Positions 8,852-23,800 of a stretch of 64,000 nucleotides of DNA are shown here, piece after piece. A model generated the notes under the pieces. It had not been told where the DNA came from and did not search any database. It saw only the letters and a list, made by a program, of their open reading frames with translations. The translations under genes and the position numbers were made by a program. Location of the stretch: NCBI GenBank assembly GCA_965209085.1, contig OZ242376.1, positions 1,120,001 to 1,184,000 on the forward strand. The letters are read 5' to 3'. The stretch's first letter is position 1. Every line of letters starts with the position of its first letter. The stretch comes from Nitrosopumilaceae archaeon (GTDB lineage Archaea; Thermoproteota; Nitrososphaeria; Nitrososphaerales; Nitrosopumilaceae).

Positions 8852-11800
8852 TTAACCACGTTTAAAGACGTTCCGGTCTATCTCTCTTTCTGCGGTATTG
8901 CCAGAAAAGTCCTGTATGTTTGAGAGGAGGGTGATCTGGACTACTGTAGAAGTGAACTGGTTTATGGATATTAACACAGTATTTGAGCCGATCTTTGTAA
9001 CGTCCTGGATCTCTATTCCTATTATTGCATAGTTTATCGCATTATCAGATGGCGCAGTTATCGGTTCGCTAAACGTGAGGATTATTTCAGTTGTGGTTGT
9101 TGAAATGGCAGATACTAGTACAGGAGGTGCCAAATCCTGCGTACTAGTGCGAGTTAGATTTACACTATCACCAAGAATGTTAAGAATATCGCCGGATTGT
9201 TCTATAAATGGGGTTGTGCCGGTTCCAAATGGAGATGTCATTGTGAGTGTAACTGTAGTGTCGTCATTTGAGAGTGCAATCGAATCGATGGTTGCATCCA
9301 CGATCAAACCATATGATACTGTATAATCAGAAATGTCCAATGTTGCAGGATTTATGGTCATATTATACTGTATGACTATTGTCCTATCGTTGGAAATGTA
9401 CTGACCCATAGAGTGAGTATTGTTTGTCAAAATAGAGCTAGCTGTAAAGATGTTTCCGCTTGTATCTTCGATATTGGAGCTATATTCTGTAATACTAATA
9501 TTCAATACCGCATCAGGAAACGACGTTAGGAATGGGGATATGCTCAGGGTGTTTCCAGAGATGCTACTAGAGATGAAGGTTAAGGATCCGTCGATATCAA
9601 GTAATTGGAGAGGTGCTGTTCCGGGTATAAATTGAACATTCTCGTCAAAATACACCTCTATTAGATTAGAGGATACTACAGTGGCGCTTTTCATCGACGG
9701 TTTTATTCCATCAGATACGGTAATGGTTGTAAATGATAGACTGTTTCCTGCAAGATCTGTAAGCTCGCCAAAGTTTGAAGAGATGTCAAATTGGATCTCT
9801 GGCTGAGAATTTGATTCAAACGGGGTTGAAGGAGTAATTGTAATTTCAAGTATACTCTTTGGTATTGCAGACCCGTCTTTTACGTTAAATGATGTCAGGG
9901 AATATCCCGTAATTTTCAGAACAAAGTCTATATCCGCAGTAATTGCAATGGATTCATCAAATGCGACAGAAACCAGATACGGGGTGAGGGTTGTAGACGA
10001 GTTTATGGTAGGAGCTTTTGTATCCACCACGACGTTTGTAGAGGTAATCGCATCCTGGTTTATGGTTGATGGGATACCGTTTTTGTCCAGTATGATTGCA
10101 AACGTGGTGTTGCCGTTTGTATCGCCGCTTTGCACGGTAATGTTTGCATAAATTGTATTACCGGTTATTAAAGTGGCATCAGCACTCCTTCCAAGTATTG
10201 TTGCGCTTGTGAGAGTAGATCCGATGTATAGATCAGAGGTAATTTTAACGGTTATCAGATCTCCAGATTTTGCCAGATTGCTGCTGTATGCGCTGTCGCT
10301 GAATACATTCACGATAATTCCGGATACGGTAATGGTGCGTGTTGCATTATTTGGCACGTTTCCAGCATTATCTGCTGGTGCAGTATACGTTATGGTATTC
10401 TCTCCTATGATTGAGACGTTTAGGTTTGAAACGTTTGATGAGACAGTTCCAGTATACAGGAGATCATTGTCTGCAACGGTTGCGTTATAGTCAGTATAAT
10501 TTTGATTGATGGGTATCGTATAATTTAGCGGACCGGACAGGGTTATGAGCGGCTTTTCAGTATCAATGATAATGTTTGCTGAATCCAAATCAGAGGCGTT
10601 TACTGTAAGTGTAGGGCTTGAGATAAAGTATACTGTAATGTTAAATGCTACAGGTCCGTCTTGGCCATCCTGTACAGTATAGTTTGCATACAGGGTGTTG
10701 TTTTGTATGGTATTAATTGTAGTAATGTTTGCGATTTCAACTGTAACGTGTGAGATAATCTCGTTTGCAGTCAGGGTTATTGTTACAAGATCGCCTGCTT
10801 TTGCGTATGCAGGATTGCCGTTATTGCTAGTTATGTTAAGCGAGTCTAACATGGATGGAGTAGTGTCTGATACTGTAACGATGCGCGTTATGATTGGACC
10901 CAAGTTTCCTGCCGGATCATCAGGTGCCTTGTAGGATATCTTGTATGTATCCTGTGTGAACGTGTCCACAACAGTATCGCCGGTAATTGTCATATCACTT
11001 GCATACGAGGTATCAGTTGCAGTGGCACCTGGATCCGTATATGTCTGACCATACTCAGCATTGGTGTTGTTTGCGCCATTGAGGGTTATGTTTGGAGGTA
11101 TGGTATCTATGATAAGGTTCTCACCTGTAAGATCATTTTGTGTTACATGGATTACATTATTTGTGGAATTTTCCACGCGGATGCTAAATGTGAGGTTGCC
11201 GTTTGTATCACTTTGGGTTACAATCTTTGTTAATGATATGCTGCCGCCTGATGCAGATGCTGTAAAGTTGCCATCTTGTATGTTACCTGTTGCGTTTCCA
11301 ATATCAGATCCGTCAGTTACAAGCGTGATTGTTATCACATCGCCGGACTTTGCATAACTAGAGTTTGAATTGTCACTGTTCACGATCAGTGATGTGAAGA
11401 TAATTGGATCAAAATCGACCACCGTTACTGTACGGTTGATGCTATCTCCGAGATTTCCTGCATTATCATCATCTGCCTTGTACGTGTAAACAAAAACAGC
11501 GCCAAGTATGCTGGTATTAAGTGGGGGGTTTACTTGGACGGTGTAATTGTCCGAATAGTTTGGATCACCGTCTCTTGCAGTGGCACCTAGATCAGTATAT
11601 GCGCTGTCTAAAACTATGGTTGTGTTTGCAGGCCCTATCAGGGTTATGTTTGGAGGTATGGTATCGACAAATACGTTGGAACCGGTTAGATTGTTTTCTG
11701 TTACCGTAGTAGATACGCCATTAGAGTTTACAACTGTGATTACAAAAGTGATATTTTGTTCAAGGTTGGAAGAGGATGGAACTGTGTTTGCTATACTCAG

Positions 11801-14800
11801 ACTATTGTTGGAGATATATTGTGCAGATTTAGATATTTCAAATACGGTTGCCGTGGCTGCCGAGGCAGAGATGGTATCGTTTGCGGTTATCACTATGTCA
11901 AATGCATCTCCTGCTTTGAGATATCGATGAGAGGGTGTTGCAATATCAATGGTCAGTTGGGTAATCTCAAGTTTTGGTAAAGATTTCACTATAACCGTAC
12001 GCGTTATGGTAGGACCTGGATTGCCTGCATAATCATCAGGTGCAGTATAGGTGAGCGTATAGTTTCCCACACTAGTTGTGGTCACAGATCCTGTTGGCAG
12101 GATGGTTTTATTGCCGTATGAGAGATCATAGGCTGTTGCATTTTTATCCGCATACGTACGATTCAGTATTGATATGGTGTTGTTTGCATCGTTGAGTGTT
12201 ATGTTTGGCGCCGTTGTATCTATGATGATATTCTCACTAGTCAGGTCATCTTGTGTAACTCTGATTGCATAATCGCTGGAATTTGTCACATATATGTCAA
12301 ATGTGAGGTTGCCGTTTGTATCATCATTTGTAATGGTTTTCTCGAAGAGTGTGTTGCCGCCAAATGAATTTGACGTAAAGTTGCCTCCAAGTATGTTACC
12401 TGTTGCTCCTCCAATATCGGAACCGTCAGTTCGAAGCGTGATTCTTATCACATCGCCAGCCTTTGCATAATTGCCGCTGGCGTTTGAATTATCACTTGAT
12501 ACAGTCAGGGATGTAATGTTAATTGGATCATAGTCTATTACGCTTACTGTACGGTTGATGCTAGCTCCCAAGTTTCCTGCCGCATCAGCATCGGCTGTGT
12601 ATGTATATGTGACAGTATCTCCAATATTACTTGTATTAAGCGGGCCAAATGTTACAGTATAATTTGATACAGAATAACCTGGACTCTCATCTAGTGCCTT
12701 GGCACCTGGAATGGTTGGGTTTTGTGTGCCTACAAATACTGTATACTGTGCTGGTCCAATCAACTCTATTCCCGGAGGTATTGTATCAACAAACACGTTT
12801 TGGCCTATAATATCATCTTGTGTCAGATTGAGCGTTACTTTGAGAGAGTTTTCAAGTGAAACAGTATAGTTTGCATATCCTTGTATGCTTGCAGTTGGAA
12901 TTGTAATTGATGCGTTTATCGTGTTTAACCCAAAGGTTGTAGTGGCAGATACTGACGGGTTTACAAATTGCACCGCATATGAGAATATGGTATCGTTTAC
13001 GGCAAGTTGCATGGAAATTGTATCTCCGGCTTTGGCGTACATGTCATTGGCGTTGTTGCTAGCAATTGAAAATGCCGACGGTATTGATTCTATCGCATGT
13101 TCAAGTTTTATGATTTGCACGCCATCACTTGTACGTGAGGTTACAACAGCGTATGCATCGCCGTTTATCGTTACAGTTTCAATAGCATATGGATCGGCAA
13201 GATATGATGTATCCGTATTTGATCCTATGGCAGATACTGGTTGCGGCAATTGGGGATTTGTAATATCGATGATTTGTACTGCATTGGCAGGTTTGGATGG
13301 TGCAAGGGCATATGTTGAATTTTCCACCCGTATGGTTGCAATATCCTGCGCTGAGACAAGTGCCGGATATTCGTTTTCGTTTTGTACAGCTGAGACTGGG
13401 AATGGCAACTCCATATGCGTAATATCTATGATTTGCACTCCATTATCATCGCCTGTTGCCAGGGCGTATATGCGGCCATTTTGGTGGAGAATCTCAATTG
13501 CAACAACATTGGATAGCTCCAAATCCACACCATTACTATCACTTATGACATGCACCTGGACCGGGGATGCCGGATTGCTAATGTTGATTATTGCAATATT
13601 ATTTCCATTACGTGACGCAGCTAGGACATACGTTGAGCCATCAATGTTTACTGTTGTAACGTATTGTACGCCATTTAATGCATAGTCTGTGCCGTTTTTC
13701 ATGACTCCCACGTGTATGGGGGATGCAGGATTTGTAATATCTAAAATTGCAACCCAGTTGTTTGGAGACGAGGGTACCAAGGCATATGCGTTGTTATCTA
13801 TATGGACTGTGGAGACTGAATACGGTACATCAAGGAACGGGTAATTTGTGCCTTTTACAATGCTAGATGTTACAATAGGTGAGGCAGGGTTTGTAATATC
13901 CATCATTGTAACACTGTTGGAAAACAATGATGCTGTCACTGCATACGTTTTAGATTGTATTTGGATTACAGATATGCCAATTACGCCATTTAGGTTTTCA
14001 TAGTTTGCAGTGCTCGTATTTGCGCTAAATACCAGACTAGGTGATTGCGGGTCACTAATGTCCAAGATTGTAATGCTACTACCGCCATAACCTATTGCCA
14101 GTGCGTATGTAGTGCCGCCTATTTGGGCAATTTCAAGATTGCGCGGATCCTCTAGATGCGGATATGCTGCAGATTTTGTTACATTTGATGTAGGGGATGC
14201 TAGGAAACTGTATATCTGATTTGTCAGTGAGATCTCTGGCAGTATTTCCACGCTGATATCTCTTGTTATTTGCCTTTGGTTGCCTGCCCAATCCGATACG
14301 GCATATGTTACCACGTATTCGCCGACACTGTTTGCATTAACAGTGTCCGTACCTGATACATCCTGTTTGCCGTATGATGTATCATACGAATATGCTCCAT
14401 CATCTGCGTATGTGGCACCAAGGTGGGATACTGTATTGTTTGCACCATACAGGTATAACAGGGGCGGTATGGTATCTATGATAAGGTTCTCGCCTGTAAG
14501 ATTATCTTGTGTTATACGGATTGCATGGTCTGTGGAATTTGTCACATATATGTCAAATGTGAGGTTGCCGTTTGTATCATCATTTGTAATGGTTTTCTCG
14601 AAGAGTGTGTTGCCGCCAAATGGATTTGACGTAAAGTTGCCTCCAAGTATGCTACCTGTTGCTCCTCCAATATCGGAGCCATCAGTTCGAAGCGTGATTC
14701 TTATCTTATCGCCAGCCTTTGCATAATTGCCGCTGGCGTTTGAATTATCACTTGATACAGTCAGGGATGTAATGTTAATTGGATCAACGACAACCACTGT

Positions 14801-17800
14801 AACTGTACGGGATATGCTATCTCCGAGATTTCCTGCATTATCATCATCTGCCTTGTACGTGTAAACAAAAACAGCGCCAATTATGCTGGTATTAAGTGGG
14901 GGGTTTACTTGGGCGGTGTAATTGCCCGAATAGTTTGGATCACCGTCTCTTGCAGTGGCACCTGGATCAGTATATGCTCGATCTTGAGCTATGGTTGTGT
15001 TTGCAGGCCCTATCAGGGTTATGTTTGGAGGTATTGTATCGACAAATACGTTGGAACCGGTTAGATTGTTTTCTGTTACCGTGGTAGATACGCCATTAGA
15101 GTTTACAACTGTGATTACAAAAGTGATATTTTGTTCAAGGTTGGAAGAGGATGGAACTGTGTTTACTATACGCAGACTATTGTTGGAGATATATTGTGCA
15201 GATTTAGATATTTCAAATACTGTTGCCGTGGCTGCCGAGGCAGCGACGGTATCGTTTACGGTTATCACTATGTCAAATGCATCTCCTGCTTTGATATATC
15301 GATGAGAGGGTGTTGCAATATCAATGGTCAGCTGGGTAATCTCAAGTTTTGGGAAAGATTTCACTATAACCGTACGCGTTATGGTAGAACCGGGATTCCC
15401 TGCATAATCATCAGGTGCAGTATAGGTGAGCGTATAGTTTCCCACACTAGTTGTGGTCACAGATCCTGTTGGCAGGATGGTTTTATTGCCGTATGAGAGA
15501 TCATAGGCTGTTGCATTTTTATCCGCATACGTACGATTCAGTATTGATATGGTGTTGTTTGCACCGTTGAGTGTTATGTTTGGTGCCGTTGTATCTATGA
15601 TGATATTCTCACTAGTCAGGTCATCTTGTGTAACTCTGATTGCATAATCGCTGGAATTTGTCACATATATGTCAAATGTGAGGTTGCCGTTTGTATCATC
15701 ATTTGTAATGGTTTTCTCGAAGAGTGTGTTGCCGCCAAATGGATTTGACGTAAAGTTGCCTCCAAGTATGCTACCTGTCGCTCCTCCAATATCGGAGCCA
15801 TCAGTTCGAAGCGTGATTCTTATCTTATCGCCAGACTTTGCATAATTGCCGCTGGCGTTTGAATTATCACTTGATACAGTCAGGGATGTAATGTTAATTG
15901 GATCAACGACAACCACTGTAACTGTACGGGATATGCTATCTCCGAGATTTCCTGCATTATCATCATCTGCCTTGTACGTGTAAACAAAAACGCCAATTAT
16001 GCTGGTATTAAGTGGGGGGTTTACTTGGGCAGTGTAATTGCCCGAATAGTTTGGATCACCGTCTCTTGCAGTGGCACCTGGATCAGTATATGCACTGTCT
16101 AAAACTATGGTTCTGTTTGCAGGTCCTATCAGGGTTATGTTTGGAGGTATGGTATCGACAAATACGTTGGGACCGGTTAGATTGTTTTCTGTTACCGTGA
16201 TAGATACGCCATTAGAGTTTTTAACTGTGATATTAAAAGTGATATTTTGTTCAAGGTTAGAAGGGGATGGAACTGTGTTTACTATACGCAGCGTGTTGTT
16301 GGATTGAGATTGTACAAGGTTGGATATTTCAAATACGGTTGCCGTGGCTGCCGAGGCAGCGATGGTATCGTTTACGGTTATCACTATGTCAAATGCACCT
16401 CCTGCTTTGAGATATCGATGAGATGGTGTTGCAATATTAATGGTCAGCTGGGTAATCTCAAGTTTTGGGAAAGATTTCACTATAACCGTACGCGTTATGG
16501 TAGGACCGGGATTCCCTGCATAATCATCAGGTGCAGTATAGGTGAGCGTATAGTTTCCCACACTAGTTGTGGTCACAGATCCTGTTGGCAGGATGGTTTT
16601 ATTGCCGTATGAGGTATCATACGAATATGCTCCATCATCTGCGTATGGGACATCAAGGGGAGATGGTGTATTGTTTACACCATACAGGTATAACATGGGC
16701 GGTATGGTATCTATGATGAGGTTCTCACCTGTAAGATTATCTTGTGTTATACGGATTCCATGGTCTGTGGAATTTGTCACACGGATGCTAAATGTGAGCT
16801 CGCCGTTTGTATCATCATTTGTAATGATTTTCTCGAAGAGTATGTTACCGCCAAATGGATTTGACGTAAAGTTGCCTCCAAGTATGCTACCTGTTGCTTC
16901 TCCAATATCGGAGCCATCAGTTCGAAGCGTGATTCTTATCTTATCGCCGGCCTTTGCATAATTGCCGCTGGCGTTTGAATTATCACTTGATACAGTCAGG
17001 GATGTAATGTTAATTGGATCATAGCCTATTACACTTACTGTTCGAGTAAGGCTAATGCCCAAATTTCCTGCCGCATCAGCATTAGCTGTGTACGTATATG
17101 TGGCAGTATCTCCAATATTACTTGTATTAAGCGGGTCTGATGTTACAGTATAATTTGATATTGAATAACCCGGACTGTCATCTAGTGCCTTGGCACCTGG
17201 AATGGTTGGGTTTTGTGCGCCTACAAATACTGTATACTGTGCGGGTCCAATCAACTCTATTCCCGGAGGTATTGTATCAACAAACACGTTTTGGCCTATA
17301 ATATCATCTTGTGTCAGATTGAGCTCTACTCCAAAAGAGTTTTCAAGTGAAACAGTATAGTTTGCATATCCTTGTATGTTCATAACTGGAATTGTAATTG
17401 ATGCGTTTATCGTGTTTAACCCAAAGGTTGTAGTGGCAGATACTGACGGGTTTACAAATTGTACCGTATATGAGAATATGGTATCGTTTACGGCAAGTTG
17501 CATGGAAATTGTATCTCCGGCTTTGGCGTACATGTCATTGGCGTTGTTGCTAGCAATTGAAAATGCCGACGGTATTGATTCTATCGCATGTTCAAGTTTT
17601 ATGATTTGCACGCCATCACTTGTACGTGAGGTTACAACAGCGTATGCATCGCCGTTTATCGTTACAGTTTCAATAGCATATGGATCGGCAAGATATGATG
17701 TATCCGTATTTGATCCTATGGCAGATACTGGTTGCGGCAATTGGGGATTGGTAATATCGATGATTTGTACTGTATTGGTAGAGTCTGATGGTGCAAGGGC

Positions 17801-20800
17801 ATATGTTGAATTTTCCACCCGTATGGTTGCAATATCCCGCGCTAAGACAAGTGCCGGATATCCGTTTTCGTTTTGTACAGCTGAGACTGGGAATGGCAAC
17901 TCCATATGCGTAATGTCTATGATTTGCACTCCATTATCACCGCCTGTTGCCAGGGCGTATATGCGGCCATTTTGGTGGAGAATCTCAATTCTAATAACAT
18001 GATATAGCTCCAAATCATCATTATCATTTATGACTCCCACCTGGACCGGGGATGCCGGATTGCTAATGTTGATTATTGCAATATTATTTCCATTACGTGA
18101 CGCAGCTAGGACATACGTTGAGCCATCAATGTTTACTGTTGTAACGTATTGTACGCCATTTAATGCATAGTCTGTGCCGTTTTTCATGACTCCCACGTGT
18201 ATGGGGGATGCAGGATTTGTAATATCTAAAATTGCAACCCAGTTGTTTGGATACGAGGGTACCAGGGCATATGCGTTGTTATCTATATGGACTGTGGAGA
18301 CTGAATACGGTACATCAAGGAACGGGTAATTTGTGCCTTTTACAATGCTAGATGTTACAATAGGTGAGGCAGGGTTTGTAATATCCATCATTATAACACT
18401 GTTGGAAAACGCTGATGCTGTCACTGCATACGTTTTAGATTGTATTTGGATTACAGATATGCCAAGTACGCCATTTAGTTTTTCATAGTTTGCAGTGCTC
18501 GTATTTGCGCTAAATACCAGACTAGGTGATTGCGGGTCATTAATGTTCAAGATTGTAATGCTATTACCGCCAAAACCTATTGCCAGTGCGTATGTAGTGC
18601 CGCCTATTTGGGCAATTTCAAGATTGCGCGGATCCTTTAGATGCGGATATGCTGCAGATTTTGTTACATTTGATGTAGGGGATGCTAGGAAACTGTATAT
18701 CTGATTTGTCAGTGAAATCTCTGGCAGTATTTCCACGCTGATAGCTCTTGTTATTTGCCTTTGGTTGCCTGCCCAATCCGATACGGCATATGTTATCACA
18801 TATTCTGCAACACTGTTTGTATTAACTGCACCCGTACCTGATACATCCTGTTTGCCGTATGATGTATCATACGAGTATGCTCCATCATCTGCGTATGTGA
18901 CACCAAGGTGGGATACTGTATTGTTTGCACCATATAGGTATAACAGGGGCGGTATGGTATCTATGATAAGGTTCTCGCCTGTAAGATTATCTTGTGTTAT
19001 ACGGATTGCATGGCCTGTGGAATTTGTCACACGGATGCTAAATGTGAGGTTGCCGTTTGTATCATCATTTGTAATGGTTTTCTCGAAGAGTGTGTTGCCG
19101 CCAAATGGATTTGACGTAAAGTTGCCTCCAAGTATGTTACCTGTTGCTACTCCAATATCGGAGCCAACAGTTCGAAGCGTGATTCTTATCTTATCGCCGG
19201 ACTTTGCATAATTGCCGCTGGCGTTTGAATTATCACTTGATACAGTCAGGGATGTAATGTTAATTGGATCATAGTCTATTACACTTACTGTTCGAGTGAT
19301 GCTCATACCTGAGTTTCCTGCCGCATCAGAGTTTGCAGTATATGTATAGATTACAGTAGATCCCACAGTACTAGTATCCAAAGTGCCGCTTACACTTGAA
19401 GTATATTCTGCAACGTATCCAGGACTGCCGTCTGTTGCAACAGCACCCGGGATTGACGGATTTGCAGATCCCACCAGTACTGTCTGATATGATGGGTCAA
19501 CAAGGGATATTCTAGGCCGGATTGTGTCAACAAAAATGTTGCCGCCTGCCGATAGGTCACTTTCTGTTACAAACAAGGTTATACCTGCAGCGTTTGTAAC
19601 CCCCACTGCAAAGGTTGCATACGATTCTATCGGGGCAGATGGTACTGTCAGTGTGGCATGATAGTTTTCACCGTTTATCGTTACAGACGGAGTTGAGCTT
19701 TGTATTTGGCTTGTATGAGAGGAGATTGCATCAGTTATGGTAAAGTCCAAGGTGAGGGTATCACCTGTTTTTACAAATGCCGGATTTGAATTATCTCCAG
19801 TTAAGGTTAAGGTTGTAGGGGCATAGTCCATTTTTATGATTTGGAGTCCCTCTGTGCGCGAGATTACTAGGGCATATGTTAAACCATCAATGATTGCAAT
19901 AGAGATGTCTCTTGGATCATCCAAATTTTCATAACCGCCTGTATTATCAGCAATGGCAGATGCCGGAGAGGGATTGAATGGGTCTGTAATGTCTATTACC
20001 TGGATGCCATCATCAATGGATGCTGCCACTAGGGCAAAAACTGATGTGCCAAGTTTTACAGTGATGATTTTAAATGCGCCATCTAGTTCCGGATATGTTG
20101 CATTGTCTGTGATGTATGATGCAGATTTAGGGAGAAATGCGCTGTTAAGATTTAGGATTTGGACGCCATCATCCAAATAGGATGCCACTAGGGCAAAAGA
20201 TGTGGATCCTATTTTTACAACAGTAATATCAGCTGCGCCGTCTAGCTCGGGATAAGTTGTACTGTCTGAAGCGAATGATACAACAGATGCGCTGGATGGG
20301 TTAGGATTGTTGATGCGTATTATTTGGACACTATCATAATCATAGGCTGCTACTAGGGCAAAATGTGCGTCATTTATTGTTGCAGTAGTAATGCCTTGTG
20401 CGCCAAATACAGTAGCAGCACCGAATGAGGTATGACTAGACGGGGTTGTAATGCGTATGAATTGGACAGCATTACTGGCAGAGGATGCTACTGCAGCATA
20501 AATTTGGCCCCCTATTGTTGTAACTGCAATATCATGCGGGGCATCCAATTTTGGGTAAGATCCATTATTGTTGCTGATTGTTGTAGTAAGAGTAGGTGAT
20601 TCAGGGTCGCTTATGTCGATGATTGAAACAGAGTCACCGTTTGTATCAGATGATACAGCATATGTTGTGGAGCCGTCCTTGTATATGGTCGTATAATTTG
20701 CATTTACAAAAGAGTCATTGCTGTATGTTATGACAGGCAATATGGGATTTGTGATATCTGCAATAATGAGATATCCATCTCCGCTGCCCATCAAAACGTA

Positions 20801-23800
20801 TGGGGTGTTTGATATTTCAAAAAAGTTTACAGTGTTGAATGTTTTGCCGTTTGTACTGGTTATTTTTCCGGCAGGTGTGTCAACAAAATTGTGTTTAAAT
20901 CCAATGTGTGCTGCATTTTGCACGTTGACTGTTCTGGTAATTGTACTGCCAAGGTTTCCTGCCGCATCGTTTGCTGCAGTGTAAGAGAGCGTGTACGTGC
21001 CTACCGTACTGGTGCTTATTGTACTAGTGCTGTATACAATAGTATCTGCATATGAGGCATCAGTTGCAACAGCACCCGGATCCATAAAAGTGACCCCTTG
21101 GGCTATGGTTATATTTTGAGCACCGCGCAGCGATATGGCAGGTCTTATTGTATCAATTGTAACGTATGAATTGTCAGTTATTTCAGAGTTTGTCATGTAT
21201 AAGATATTCCCTCCGGCATTTTCCAATAAAATGGTAAACATTGCATCACCGTTTGGACTTTGATCAGATATTGTAGCAGAAAGGGTCACAGTGTTGCCAG
21301 ATATTGCAGATGTAGCATTTGTGCCAAACAGCGTACCGCTTACACTGGTCGGATCAAAGCCATCCAAAACAAGTGTGAGTGATACTGTATGTCCGGCGCG
21401 TGCAAAATTATCACTGCCAGTGCCTGATATGCCCAAAGATGTAACAAGTGTTTGCGAGCTATTTGATACGGTAACTGTTCGTGTTATACTAGGACCGGCA
21501 TTTCCTGCCCCATCTGTAGCTGCAGTATACGTGTACGTTACTGTAGAGTTTATCACGCCAGTATCCAAAGTGCCGATGATTGCAGTAGTAAATGTATAAG
21601 GATAGTTTGGGTCCCCATCAGTTATGATTACACCAGGGATGGACGGATCAATTGAATTCAAAGGTACCGTAAAAGATGAGTTACCGATGAGGGATATTTC
21701 AGGTGCGATTGTATCGATGAATGTGCGACTGTTCTGCGGTATGCCACTCTCTGTTACAGACAGGGTTGTACCCTCAGCGTTTGCAACCTGTATTGCAAAG
21801 GTTGCATACGATTCTGTTTGTACAGGAGGTACGGTTATTGTTGCACTAAAATCTGCGCCGCTTATGGATACGGCAGGGGTTAATCCCAGTATTTGGCTTG
21901 TATGAGATGAAATTGTGTCATTTACGGTAAATTGTAATGTGAGTGTATCGCCTGTTTTTGCATATGCCGGATTTGAATTATCTCCAGTTAAGGTTATAGA
22001 GGTATAGTCCAGTTTTATGATTTGGAGACCGTCATTATTTGAGGCTATAAATGCATATATTTTGCCATTTATGGTTGCAGTAATAATATCTCTTGGGTTA
22101 TCCAGATTTACATAACCGCCAGTATTATCCGTGAGAGAATATGTAGGTTGGGGGTTGTATGGGTCTGTAATGTCTATGATTTGGACGCCATCATCATTAA
22201 TGGATACTGTCAAAGCATAAACTGATGATCCTACAGTTACGGTGGTGATCCTATATGGACCATCTAGTTCATCATAGCCATCTATTCCATCTGTTACACT
22301 TGATGCATTTGATGGGTTGTATGGGTCTGTAATGTTTATGATTTGGATGCTATCATCATTAAAGGATGCCACCAAGGCATAAACTGATGATCCTACAGTT
22401 ACGGTGGTGATGCCATATGCACCATCTAGTTTATCATAGCCATGCATTCCATCTGTTACACTTGATGCATTTGATGGGTTGTATGGGTCTGTAATGTCTA
22501 TGATTTGGACGCCATCATCATTATTGGATGCCACCAAGGCATAAATTGATGCACCGATTGTTACAGTGGTAATGTCAAATGCGCCTCCTAGTTCCAAATA
22601 ACCATCCGTATCATCGGTAAGGTAGGATACATTTGAGGGGCTGAGGGGGTTTGTAACGTCTATGATTTGGACGCCGTTTGTAGGAGAGGCCGATGCAAAC
22701 AGTGCAAAAGTTGAGGCACCTATTGTTACGGTTGTAACGCTTTGTGCATTGTATAGTCGCGGATACTCTGTGCCGTTTACAAGTGTTGCAATAACAGAGG
22801 GGGATGCAGGTGAGCTGATGTCGAGTATACTAGTATTACCGATACCACCTGCAGCTATGGCATATTGGGTATTATCTATTGTAAAGATGGATGTTTTGTA
22901 TGCAGGTATGAAACCGGTATTATTAAATACTATACTAGGTAATGCAGGATTTGTAACGTCTGCAATAATCCATGCTGCGCTGGATCCTTCCGTTAACAAG
23001 GCATATGTTTTACCACTTGTTTCAAACAGATTGATGGTAGTAGGAGGTATATTGGTTGAAAAATCAGTACCTTTTGTTAGTATTCCACTCGGAGAGTGGA
23101 TAAATTTAGTTACAAATGCCAACGGCGCTGCATCCAAAACAATCACAGTACGGGATATGGTGTTTCCTTGATTTCCTGCAACATCTGCAGGAGCTGCATA
23201 GGTTAGCGTGTACGTACCTGCAACATTTGTATTTACAGTACCTGTGCCATTTACGATGGTATTCGAATATGAGGCATCAGTTGCAGTAGCACCCGGATCC
23301 GTAAAAATAGCCCCCTTTGCAACGTTTACATTGTCTGTACCGCGCAGCGATATGGCAGGTTTTATTGTATCAATTGTAACGTATGAATTGTCAGTTATTT
23401 CAGAGTTTGTCACGTATAAGATATTCCCTCCGGCATTTTCCAATAAAATGGTAAACATTGCATCACCGTTTGGACTTTGATCAGATATTGTAGCAGAAAG
23501 GGTCACAGTATTGCCAGATATTGCAGATGTAGCATTTATGCCAAACAGCGTACCGCTTACACTGGTCGGATCAAAGCTATCCAAAACAAGTGTGAGTGAT
23601 ACTGTCTGTCCGGCACGTGCAAAATTATCACTGCCGGTGCCTGATATGCCCAAAGATGTGACAAATGTTTGCGAGCTATTTGATACGGTAACTGTTCGTG
23701 TTATACTAGGACCGGCATTTCCTGCCCCATCAGTAGCTGCAGTATACGTGTACGTTACTGTAGAGTTTATCACGCTAGTATTCAAAGTGCCAATGATTGC